From Candidatus Anstonellales archaeon (GTDB taxonomy: Archaea > Micrarchaeota > Micrarchaeia > Anstonellales > J096), in NCBI GenBank assembly GCA_038890745.1, contig JAWAFD010000002.1:64001-128000 (forward strand): DNA of 64,000 nt, read 5' to 3'. The notes below the pieces were generated by a model, which saw only the letters and a program-made list of their open reading frames with translations, had not been told where the DNA came from and did not search any database. This document shows positions 21,753 through 29,734 of the stretch, in pieces. Each line of letters starts with the position of its first letter. Position 1 is the first letter of the stretch. The position numbers and the translations under genes are program-made.

Positions 21753-23951
21753 CTAGAGCTCCATGAAGTGTTCGGCAGTTGGGGGCTCAGGAGGTAGCCC
21801 TTTCCTCTCCCTTATCTGTTTCACTATTTTTGCTGTGAGCTCTTTCGGAAGCTTGAAATATCCAGCATACTCTTGATACCATATTGCCCTTCCTTGAGTT
21901 GCCCCTCTCAAAGCATTGCTGAAACCGAACATTTCTGCAACAGGCATTATGTAGTTCAATGTTGCGGTTTCCCCTTCCTGTAATATCTCTATCATTTGCC
22001 CTCTCCTTCCGTTGCATGCATTCATAACTTCAGCGGTGTATTCCTGCGGGGTTTGGACAAGAACCTTCTGTTTTGGCTCTAATAAATATGTCCCTCCCCT
22101 GATCATTGAAGCGTATATCGCTCTTTTTACAGCAGGGATTACCTGCGCAGGTCCTCTGTGAACATTATCCTCATGCAAAGTGGCATCTGTGAGAACAACC
22201 TTTACACCGAGACATTTTTCCTGCGCAAGAGGTCCTTTGTCCATCGCTTCCTCAAATGCCTGTAAGACCAATTCCTGCACTTCGTTTAAATACTGCACAC
22301 CTTTGGTTGCATCCACAAACATGTTCTTTTTGTATATATGCCATATCCCCTTTGCTTCCTCTCTATCCATTCCCAACTCAACGAGCCGGTCTATCATTTC
22401 CTGAGCCTTTCCCTTCACCCGGCCCTCTCTTATCTCCCCTCTGTCTATGGCATCTATTATCTCCTGTGAAAGAGGCTCGGCATAGATATAAAATTTGTTA
22501 TGCTTGTTCGGTGATTTTCCTTCTATCACATCCCCCTTGTTTTCTATGCTTTCTCTATAAACTACTATTGGCGGTGAGGTAACTATATCCACTCCTTTCT
22601 CTTTTGTTATTTTATATTCTATGATTTCTAAGTGAAGCTCACCCATTCCGCTTATGAGATGCTCGCCGGTCTCCTGGTTCAGCTCAACTTTAAGCGTCGG
22701 GTCCTCCTTTGCAATCCCCCTCAAAACCTCAATAAGCTTGCTCAAATCCTTGCTGTTCTTTGCCTCTATACTTTTCGTGACAACCGGCTCAGAATAGTGT
22801 TTTATTTCTTCGAATGGCTCAACGGGTTCGCTGCTTATTGTTTCTCCTACATAAACATCCTTTAAGCCAACAAGCGCACCTATGTTTCCGGCGCTGACCT
22901 TTTCTGCATTCACCCTGTCAGGACCCATATAGATGGCAACCTGCTGTACTTTCATGTAGTTTAGTTTTGATGCAAGGTAGAGTGAATCCCCCTTTTTTAT
23001 TGTTCCAGAAAACAACCTCACAACAGCAACCTCTCCTGCATGCTCATCGTGCACAACCCCAAACACAACCCCAACTGTTTTTGCATTCGGGTTGCATTCA
23101 AGCATCGCCTTCCCAACCTCGCTGTTCAAGTCCCCTTTCCACAACCTCGGAACCCTGTACCTTTGTGCACGCCTTGGGTCCGGAAGGTGTCTTATGACCA
23201 TCTCAAGGATAACCTCATCAAGTGGAGCCCTTTCTGTTAGTTCCTTGTGCTTTTGAGCAACAACAAGTTCATATATCTCCTTGAATGAAATCTTATGCCT
23301 CTGCATAGAGGCAAGGCTTATCGCCCATTTATAGAAAGCACTTCCTATTGCAACCTTTCCATTCTCAACAGAAACCAACCATTCTTTTTTGAATTCATCT
23401 GGCGCATTCTGTTCTATGATTCTGTTTACACCAGCTATTATTTTAGCTATCTTTTCCTGCATCTGCGCAGAATTCAGTTTCAACTGCGTGATCAGTCTAT
23501 CAACTTTGTTTATGAAAACAACCGGTTTTGCCCTTTCCTTTATTGCCTGCCTCAGAACAGTTTCCGTTTGGGGCATTACCCCTTCAACCGCATCTATTAC
23601 GAGAACAACACCGTCCACAGCCCTCATCGCCCTTGTAACATGGCCTCCGAAATCCACGTGGCCTGGCGTATCTATTAAGTTGATCAGATAATCCTTCCCA
23701 TCATACTTAAAACCCAAGCTTATGTTTGCTGCCTTTATCGTAATCCCTCGCGCCTGCTCCAGCTCCTCAAAGTCCATAACCCTCTGCTCCCCAGCAAGCT
23801 CCTTGGAAATCAGGCCTGCTCTCGCGACTAGGGAGTCCGTCATTGTTGTCTTTCCATGATCCACATGGGCAACGATGGCAACATTTCTTACAGTTTCCAA
23901 GGTATCCATCAATCGCTGAACATCTTCAACTACAGCTTCTTTCCTAACCAC
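21753..23951 (-). CDS. fusA: Elongation factor EF-2
   Basis: AHVDHGKTT, RGITI, DTPGH, NKVD, diphthamide loop HEDNVHRG; GTG 23951 follows a GGTGA RBS. Confidence 0.97.
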   Translation of the reverse strand: MVRKEAVVEDVQRLMDTLETVRNVAIVAHVDHGKTTMTDSLVARAGLISKELAGEQRVMDFEELEQARGITIKAANISLGFKYDGKDYLINLIDTPGHVDFGGHVTRAMRAVDGVVLVIDAVEGVMPQTETVLRQAIKERAKPVVFINKVDRLITQLKLNSAQMQEKIAKIIAGVNRIIEQNAPDEFKKEWLVSVENGKVAIGSAFYKWAISLASMQRHKISFKEIYELVVAQKHKELTERAPLDEVILEMVIRHLPDPRRAQRYRVPRLWKGDLNSEVGKAMLECNPNAKTVGVVFGVVHDEHAGEVAVVRLFSGTIKKGDSLYLASKLNYMKVQQVAIYMGPDRVNAEKVSAGNIGALVGLKDVYVGETISSEPVEPFEEIKHYSEPVVTKSIEAKNSKDLSKLIEVLRGIAKEDPTLKVELNQETGEHLISGMGELHLEIIEYKITKEKGVDIVTSPPIVVYRESIENKGDVIEGKSPNKHNKFYIYAEPLSQEIIDAIDRGEIREGRVKGKAQEMIDRLVELGMDREEAKGIWHIYKKNMFVDATKGVQYLNEVQELVLQAFEEAMDKGPLAQEKCLGVKVVLTDATLHEDNVHRGPAQVIPAVKRAIYASMIRGGTYLLEPKQKVLVQTPQEYTAEVMNACNGRRGQMIEILQEGETATLNYIMPVAEMFGFSNALRGATQGRAIWYQEYAGYFKLPKELTAKIVKQIRERKGLPPEPPTAEHFMEL

Positions 23952-23956
23952 AAAAA

Positions 23957-24559
23957 TCACCTTGCGCTCCTTGCGATTCTTTCTATCTCATCCCTTTTCT
24001 TCATTGCGTAGCTGTTCTGCACATCCCCTTTTGCAGTATTTATTATTTCATCAGCCAGCGTTTCCGAAAGAGACTTTTTGCTGTTGAACGCACGCATCAG
24101 TGCAGCGAGCGTAATATTTCTCAGCGCCATATCCAACCTTCTTGTTGAGGATACATCAACGCTTACTTGGTAGGTTACTCCTCCGAATGCAACCCTCGTA
24201 ACATCCTCCCTAGGCGCAGAGTTTTCAATCGCCCTTACGAGAACTTGAATTGGGTTTTCTTTTGTTCTTTCATAAACCATATCAAAAGCCTTTTCAACTG
24301 TTTTTATAATCCGTAGTTTTTTTCCCTGCAACCGCCCATGGGTCCTTATCACTTTTCCAGCAGTTTTTTCTCCCGTACCCCCTCTCATAAACTTGTTTAT
24401 CAATCTCTCAACAATGTTCATCTTAGTTTTTTGGAGGGGTTTTTTTGTAAGCCTTCCGAAAGTATGCGGAACCTTAACTTCATTAAGCATTATTACCTGC
24501 TTTAAGCTTGGGTCTTTTACTTCAATATTCTTCCATTCCCATTTGTTAAAAAGTTTCAT
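23957..24559 (-). CDS. rps7: 30S ribosomal protein uS7
   Basis: NPIQVLVRAIENSAPRED, SVDVSSTRR, ERIARSAR. Confidence 0.96.
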   Translation of the reverse strand: MKLFNKWEWKNIEVKDPSLKQVIMLNEVKVPHTFGRLTKKPLQKTKMNIVERLINKFMRGGTGEKTAGKVIRTHGRLQGKKLRIIKTVEKAFDMVYERTKENPIQVLVRAIENSAPREDVTRVAFGGVTYQVSVDVSSTRRLDMALRNITLAALMRAFNSKKSLSETLADEIINTAKGDVQNSYAMKKRDEIERIARSAR

Positions 24560-24569
24560 CTCCTCACCT

Positions 24570-25007
24570 TTATCTCTTCGGTTTCTCCTTCTTTCCGTGC
24601 CTTAGCGCTTGGAGGTCAACCCCATTAACAGCAACTATTTTATACCTTACTCCCGGGATGGAGCCCATCTGCCCCCTCTGCGAACCACCGAGGCCCGATA
24701 TCAGGACCTCATCGTGCTCGTTTATGAAGTTTATTGCTTTATCCCTTACTGCATGGGCAGTGACAATCTTCCCGTTCTTCTTCAACTGAACCCTTACGCA
24801 TTTTATAAGCCCAGAGTGCGGCTGCTTTTGTTCTAACACAACCTTTTCTATAACTATGCCTGAAGCTAGTGGCGCACCCCGAGTGGGGTCATACTTAAGC
24901 TTCAACTTAAGCTTCTTTGCCTTCCACCTCTTGCTCAGCCACCTGTATTTTTTCCTTTTTCTCTGCAGGTTCCTTCCTGCAAACTCTCCATTTGCTCCCT
25001 TACCCAT
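24570..25007 (-). CDS. rps12: 30S ribosomal protein uS12 (S23-type)
   Basis: GIVIEK..KQPHSG..KCVRVQLKKNGK, IPGVRYK, GKKEKP. Confidence 0.95.
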   Translation of the reverse strand: MGKGANGEFAGRNLQRKRKKYRWLSKRWKAKKLKLKLKYDPTRGAPLASGIVIEKVVLEQKQPHSGLIKCVRVQLKKNGKIVTAHAVRDKAINFINEHDEVLISGLGGSQRGQMGSIPGVRYKIVAVNGVDLQALRHGKKEKPKR

Positions 25008-25066
25008 TCTATCACTCCGTTTGTATGTTTAGGAAATTATTTTTCTGTTGCCAATTATTTAAAAAC

Positions 25067-25834
25067 CTATTGGATGGAAACCTGCGAATTCGGAAGAACG
25101 CCTTTTGCATCAAAAATTCTGCTGCTGTCAACTTGGCCGGAAAAAATAATTTTTATACTTCTGCCGGAGGTGTCGATTTCTCGAAGGTATGCTAGCGTGC
25201 TGTCCCATCCTGCTTCATTATGAACGATAAAATGTGCGCCTGAGGAGTCTTTTTCCATTATAAACGGATCCGGCTCAACAACAACCTGCGCGGTCTGCTC
25301 AACATTCCTTACTGTTTTTTCTGAGGAGTTTGAAAGAAAATACATGGCGCCAGCCATTCCAACTGACGCAGTAAAAACAGAGCTCATTAACTTTACCCTC
25401 CAGGGATATTCAACATAAAACCTCCAATCTATATACTCTGATTTTATGAAAAATTCAGGTTCATCTTTCTCAAACCTTCTATTTTTTATTCTGTAAGCAA
25501 TCGAAACCCCAACGCCGGCAATCCCCAACGCGCCCAATCCCATCAAACCAATCCCGAGCCAAAAAGGAATTTCCTTTCTTTTTGTTTCTTCAATCGGAAC
25601 TGTGATTAGCGTGTCCTTTGTTTGAACCTCTGGTTTTACAAACTCTACCCTGATTAGGTACTCCTCTTTCCTCTTTTTTATTCTTTTCTTATTCTCATTC
25701 TCCTGAGTTTTTACCTCCACGTTTCTTTCTTCGATCGGAACCCCCTCATACTTCCACTGGTTTGCACGTGCGTTAGTTGTAAGGAAAGCGAGCAAAAAAG
25801 TTCCGGTGAAAACGGCTGCTTTTAGTTTTTTCAT
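25067..25834 (-). CDS. Orphan membrane protein with signal peptide
   Basis: Signal ending ARA, TM IPFWLGIGLMGLGALG, second TM; own TATA-like element upstream. Confidence 0.65.
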   Translation of the reverse strand: MKKLKAAVFTGTFLLAFLTTNARANQWKYEGVPIEERNVEVKTQENENKKRIKKRKEEYLIRVEFVKPEVQTKDTLITVPIEETKRKEIPFWLGIGLMGLGALGIAGVGVSIAYRIKNRRFEKDEPEFFIKSEYIDWRFYVEYPWRVKLMSSVFTASVGMAGAMYFLSNSSEKTVRNVEQTAQVVVEPDPFIMEKDSSGAHFIVHNEAGWDSTLAYLREIDTSGRSIKIIFSGQVDSSRIFDAKGVLPNSQVSIQ

Positions 25835-25858
25835 ACTATTATTATACGCAAAAAAATA

Positions 25859-25918
25859 TTTAAATGTTTATTTTTGTGTTTTTTATTGGGTTTCAAAAAA
25901 AGCTGCTTTTTTTGTTTT
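25859..25918 (+). repeat. Direct repeat DR2, left copy (copy of the nusA 3' end plus downstream promoter)
   Basis: TTTAAATGTTTATTTTTGTGTTTTTTATTGGGTTTC(A7)GCTGCTTTTTTTGTTTT matches 26396-26456 except for one A in the homopolymer. Confidence 0.93.
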
Positions 25919-25938
25919 AAAGATAATGTATGGATCGT

Positions 25939-26361
25939 TCATTTGAATAAGATAAGCGTCGGATCAATAATTTTATAAATCTGATAACTTGCTAGTGCTG
26001 TACCCATAAGCCCTGTAATGAGTTGGATTCTGAGTATAAGTTCCACATCAGCCCCGCCGTCTACACCGCAACCATCCCTATCTTTTCCACGCGCTGCCCA
26101 AAGCCCCACGCTACCCCCCATTGCACCGATTCCCACTAACCCAATCGCAAGCCAAAAAGGAATGTCTCCCATGTTTTTGTCTCTCCTCCTTTCCTCTTCT
26201 TGAGGCTTTCTACCCTTAAAATATTCATCATTCAAATGCACCGTCTGCTGTTTTCTCTCTCCCATATTTTTTGTTAATGCTCGACATGTAGCTAGTAAAA
26301 AGCCCATTCCTACAAGAATCGTCTCTGCCAATACAATGGTACGACACACTTTTTCTCCCAT
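25939..26361 (-). CDS. Orphan membrane protein, paralogue of 25067-25834
   Basis: Shares IPFWLAIGLVGIGAMG and the hydrophobic N-terminus / charged linker / 2 TM layout. Confidence 0.6.
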   Translation of the reverse strand: MGEKVCRTIVLAETILVGMGFLLATCRALTKNMGERKQQTVHLNDEYFKGRKPQEEERRRDKNMGDIPFWLAIGLVGIGAMGGSVGLWAARGKDRDGCGVDGGADVELILRIQLITGLMGTALASYQIYKIIDPTLILFK

Positions 26362-26395
26362 ATTAATCCAATATTATACATTGTGTGGAAAAGTT

Positions 26396-26456
26396 TTTAA
26401 ATGTTTATTTTTGTGTTTTTTATTGGGTTTCAAAAAAAAGCTGCTTTTTTTGTTTT
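26396..26456 (+). repeat. Direct repeat DR2, right copy (includes nusA last codons and stop)
   Basis: See the left copy; the minus strand encodes KTKKAAFF*. Confidence 0.93.
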
Positions 26457-26864
26457 CAAATAAAGTTTTGCGTTGAATTTTTTCTCCACAAACTTCCTTG
26501 CCGCCTTTATTCTGCACCCGCCTTTTCCGAGAGCGATTCCCCTCTCTGCCTCGCTTACTGAGAAAAATATACCCCTTTCCCCCATCGCATCCCGTACTTC
26601 AATCTCCATAGGTTTTACGTTGTTGAAGAAATTTTTTATGAACTCCTCAGGGTTTTCGCTATCCGCAAAAATCAAAACCTTCTTCTTAAATTTCTTTTCT
26701 AGTTTTGGAATCATGAAGCCTTTTTTCCCTATCGCCTTTCCTAAGAGGTTTTTAGGAACAAGAAAGAAAAGCGTCTCGTTAACCTCTGCAACATCGGATG
26801 GCATTACATGTGTTATCTTTTCAAATTCGCTTAAATAAAAAAGCTCGGTTTCCCCTATTTCCAT
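26430..26864 (-). CDS. nusA: NusA-like transcription factor (archaeal, two KH domains)
   Basis: GKAIGKKG and GIALGKGG KH loops; conserved position after L30e. Confidence 0.9.
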   Translation of the reverse strand: MEIGETELFYLSEFEKITHVMPSDVAEVNETLFFLVPKNLLGKAIGKKGFMIPKLEKKFKKKVLIFADSENPEEFIKNFFNNVKPMEIEVRDAMGERGIFFSVSEAERGIALGKGGCRIKAARKFVEKKFNAKLYLKTKKAAFF

Positions 26865-26873
26865 GCGCTCACT

Positions 26874-27266
26874 CTATTTTTTTCCTTTCCTGCCAGCTAT
26901 TTTAAGAATGTTTGATTCTCCCTCGTCATATATAGAGATTACAGAAACAGGATGCGGTCTTCCGCATATTGAACCTAGCTCCAGGCTTGTTTTATCCACA
27001 ACAAAAACAGGAATTCCTGAAAGCCTTGCGTAGTGCTGTATGTCAGCTGCGTTTATTGGAGGGGTGTTTTTTGCTAGCACGATGGCCTTAGCCTTTCCGA
27101 GAAGCGCATCTGCCTGCCCTCTTCTGAATCCCATCTCGTACTTTCCAGTTTCAACCATGAGCTTCAGCGCGCCTTCTATCTCTCCCTCGCCCTCTTTTTT
27201 CTTCCTCTTTCTTGTAACCTTTGCCCCTTTTTTATCTCTTTTTTTCTTCAGTTCTTCTTCAGCCAT
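26874..27266 (-). CDS. rpl30e: 50S ribosomal protein eL30, with a basic N-terminal extension
   Basis: TGKYEMG, LAKNTP, HYARLS, ELGSICGRPHPVS..GES.I. Confidence 0.92.
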   Translation of the reverse strand: MAEEELKKKRDKKGAKVTRKRKKKEGEGEIEGALKLMVETGKYEMGFRRGQADALLGKAKAIVLAKNTPPINAADIQHYARLSGIPVFVVDKTSLELGSICGRPHPVSVISIYDEGESNILKIAGRKGKK

Positions 27267-27275
27267 TTAAATCAC

Positions 27276-29720
27276 TCACTTTTTTGGTTTTGTAGTGCTA
27301 AATTCGAGCATAACATTACCGGTTCCTATGGGGACGGTTTGACCAACTATTATATTTTCAGTTACCCCTACAAGCTTGTCCTCCTCTCCTTTTGCAGCTG
27401 CGTTTACAAGGTGTTTCACTGTTTCCTCAAACGCAGCCCGGGCAAGAACGCCGGGTTTTTTTCCACTCAGCCCATGCCGCCCTATGTTTACAATCTTTCC
27501 TTCTGAGCACATCCCATCAGCGACGAGCATGATATGTCTTATGTCAACAGCCAGCTTTTGCATGTCCATAACCTGCTTCATCTCCCTGACTAGCGCAGCC
27601 CTTCCTGCCTCTATTCCGTATATCCTTTCTATCTCCTTTACATTGTTTGTGTATATCCTTAGCGGGTCCACATAGCTATTTTTCAGAACCCCTTCGATAT
27701 TCGAGCCACTCGCCCTTACAAAATACTCTCCGTTTTCATCCTTAACGACTACTGCCCTCGTAATGCCGGCAACTCCTTTCACAATGGTTTTCTTTACGGT
27801 CTCGTAAGTTTTTCTTACGGTCCTTAGCACTCCTCCCTTATGCTTCTTTTCTTCAGCAATCACAGTGATTGTTTTGCTTCGTTTGTCAACCCTTTTTCTC
27901 ATTCCCTCAAGCGCCTTTACCATCTGGTCAAAAGTTACGCGGTAGCTTTTTCCGAGCTTCTCATCATAAGTAATTTTCACAACCTTCTCAGACATTTGCT
28001 CCTTGACTTTTGCAATCTGCTCAACAGTAATACTCTCAACTTGATGCGCGACCTTTTCTGCTATTTCTCTCTTTCTTGAGAATTCTTTTTTTAGGTAGAT
28101 ATCTATGGTTGGCTTTTTCGGCTCCTTCCTTACATCAACAAGCTCTATCAACCTTGGCAGGCCGGTTGGCACATGTTCGGCTACACCGGCGTAGTGGAAG
28201 GTACGCATTGTGTTGTGTGTAATCAATCCATCAAAAGTGGCGAATGTGTGTGCATCATTAACAGTCAGGTCATAAACGTATGGGGTGGTTGGCGGTGCGT
28301 ATTCTATTCTTACGATTTCATCCCATACAACATCTGAGTTGTACATTCTTTCCATCAGCGTGATCTCTTTAGAGATGTCAACATTTTTTTCTTTTGAAAT
28401 CTTTGTGAATGTGTTTATGTATCGAAGCAATGTTGTTCGCCCTATTTTCTGTCTTTTTGTGAAGTTGTTTACCCTCCTTGTTGGATAGCGAAGTTTTTTT
28501 GCAGCTGTGTGCAGAACATCCCCAAATCCACACACCATATCGGTGTAATCCTGGGATTTGGATTTTAAAAGTTTCCCAGCAACCAGTGCAAGCTTTTGCA
28601 GCATCACCCCTTTTTTCTCCACACTGGAACCTATTTTTTGTGAAAATATCGGCGCATATTTATATGGGATGGTAAGCCAAAACTGTTTTCTATCCTTCTT
28701 TTTGCTTGCAAATATCCCGAACCTTGCAAGCAAAAGTTTAATCCCATCCACGAGCTCTTCAGAATTCGAGCTAACCCTAATCATTTTTCTATTTAGCGTG
28801 ATGTTTCCATCGCCATCAAAATAAGCTCTAAGGAGACCTGAAACAAAGGCTTCATTTGCGCTGTACGCAAACTCAGGCACACGTTTGCCAGCAGATCCCT
28901 CTCCGCATGTATTTTTTACGAGTTTGTGGAGGAGTGTTGAGCGTATTCTTAGGTCATTGCTCCACGCAAATCCCCGATGATGCTTGAATTCTTTGAAATG
29001 GAGGTTCGCTCTTTGCGCGAAGGTTTTTATTTTGGAAATAAAGCCTTCATCTGTGTTTGAGATGCTCACCTCGCTATTACTCAAGCTACCTTCTGAGAGG
29101 TATGCGCCAATAAAATAACCAAATATTTCATCAAGCTCGAATGTTTGAGGAATGGGCAGACTTCTCTTTGTTGAAACAGATCCTGCGCTGCAGTTTACTT
29201 TGCCCTGCTCATGCTCTGGCAAAAGCTCCAACGTTTGTATGCTATGCACACAGTTTTCCGGAAGATATTTCAATGCTGGTATCCTATCTCCAACTTTTAG
29301 CATCTTTCCAGCCACAGGAACAATCCTATTGTCTTTCCGGATTACGAAAGAGTGAAAATCTGTGGCAAAAATTTTCCTGCCTGAAGCAGTCCTTACCAGC
29401 ATGAGTTTTGCCGGTGCTTTGCTTCTGTTGCATGAAATAAGCCTATTCCATTTAACTTTCTCATCCGCATCCAGGACAGGAACATACACCTCTTCTCCTA
29501 TCTCCACAATTTCATATGGCCCTTCTTTTTTACACCCGAAATTTTCTATCCCATAGTTAGTAAATTCATCGATACGCCATATCTCAATCCTTCCATTTCT
29601 TTTTATTATTATCCGTTCGCTACCGTCTATGCACATCTGCGTACCTGGTTCACCTAGGCTCTGCGCAGCCACAACCCCAACAGCATCGTGCGGGCATATT
29701 TTGTTCGATTCTTTCATCAT
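27276..29720 (-). CDS. rpoA2: RNA polymerase subunit A'' (Rpo1C) containing an intein
   Basis: AAQSLGEPGTQM | intein | TMRTFHYAGV, GLPRL, DIRHIMLVAD, ARAAFE, GVTENIIVGQ. Confidence 0.96.
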   Translation of the reverse strand: MMKESNKICPHDAVGVVAAQSLGEPGTQMCIDGSERIIIKRNGRIEIWRIDEFTNYGIENFGCKKEGPYEIVEIGEEVYVPVLDADEKVKWNRLISCNRSKAPAKLMLVRTASGRKIFATDFHSFVIRKDNRIVPVAGKMLKVGDRIPALKYLPENCVHSIQTLELLPEHEQGKVNCSAGSVSTKRSLPIPQTFELDEIFGYFIGAYLSEGSLSNSEVSISNTDEGFISKIKTFAQRANLHFKEFKHHRGFAWSNDLRIRSTLLHKLVKNTCGEGSAGKRVPEFAYSANEAFVSGLLRAYFDGDGNITLNRKMIRVSSNSEELVDGIKLLLARFGIFASKKKDRKQFWLTIPYKYAPIFSQKIGSSVEKKGVMLQKLALVAGKLLKSKSQDYTDMVCGFGDVLHTAAKKLRYPTRRVNNFTKRQKIGRTTLLRYINTFTKISKEKNVDISKEITLMERMYNSDVVWDEIVRIEYAPPTTPYVYDLTVNDAHTFATFDGLITHNTMRTFHYAGVAEHVPTGLPRLIELVDVRKEPKKPTIDIYLKKEFSRKREIAEKVAHQVESITVEQIAKVKEQMSEKVVKITYDEKLGKSYRVTFDQMVKALEGMRKRVDKRSKTITVIAEEKKHKGGVLRTVRKTYETVKKTIVKGVAGITRAVVVKDENGEYFVRASGSNIEGVLKNSYVDPLRIYTNNVKEIERIYGIEAGRAALVREMKQVMDMQKLAVDIRHIMLVADGMCSEGKIVNIGRHGLSGKKPGVLARAAFEETVKHLVNAAAKGEEDKLVGVTENIIVGQTVPIGTGNVMLEFSTTKPKK
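28212..29633 (-). mobile_element. 474-aa intein with LAGLIDADG homing endonuclease
   Basis: Begins Cys (CIDGSE), block B ATDFHSF, LAGLIDADG-like FIGAYLSEG and LRAYFDGDG, VYDLTV..THN end, +1 Thr. Confidence 0.95.
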
Positions 29721-29734
29721 ATTCTTTCCACCTT

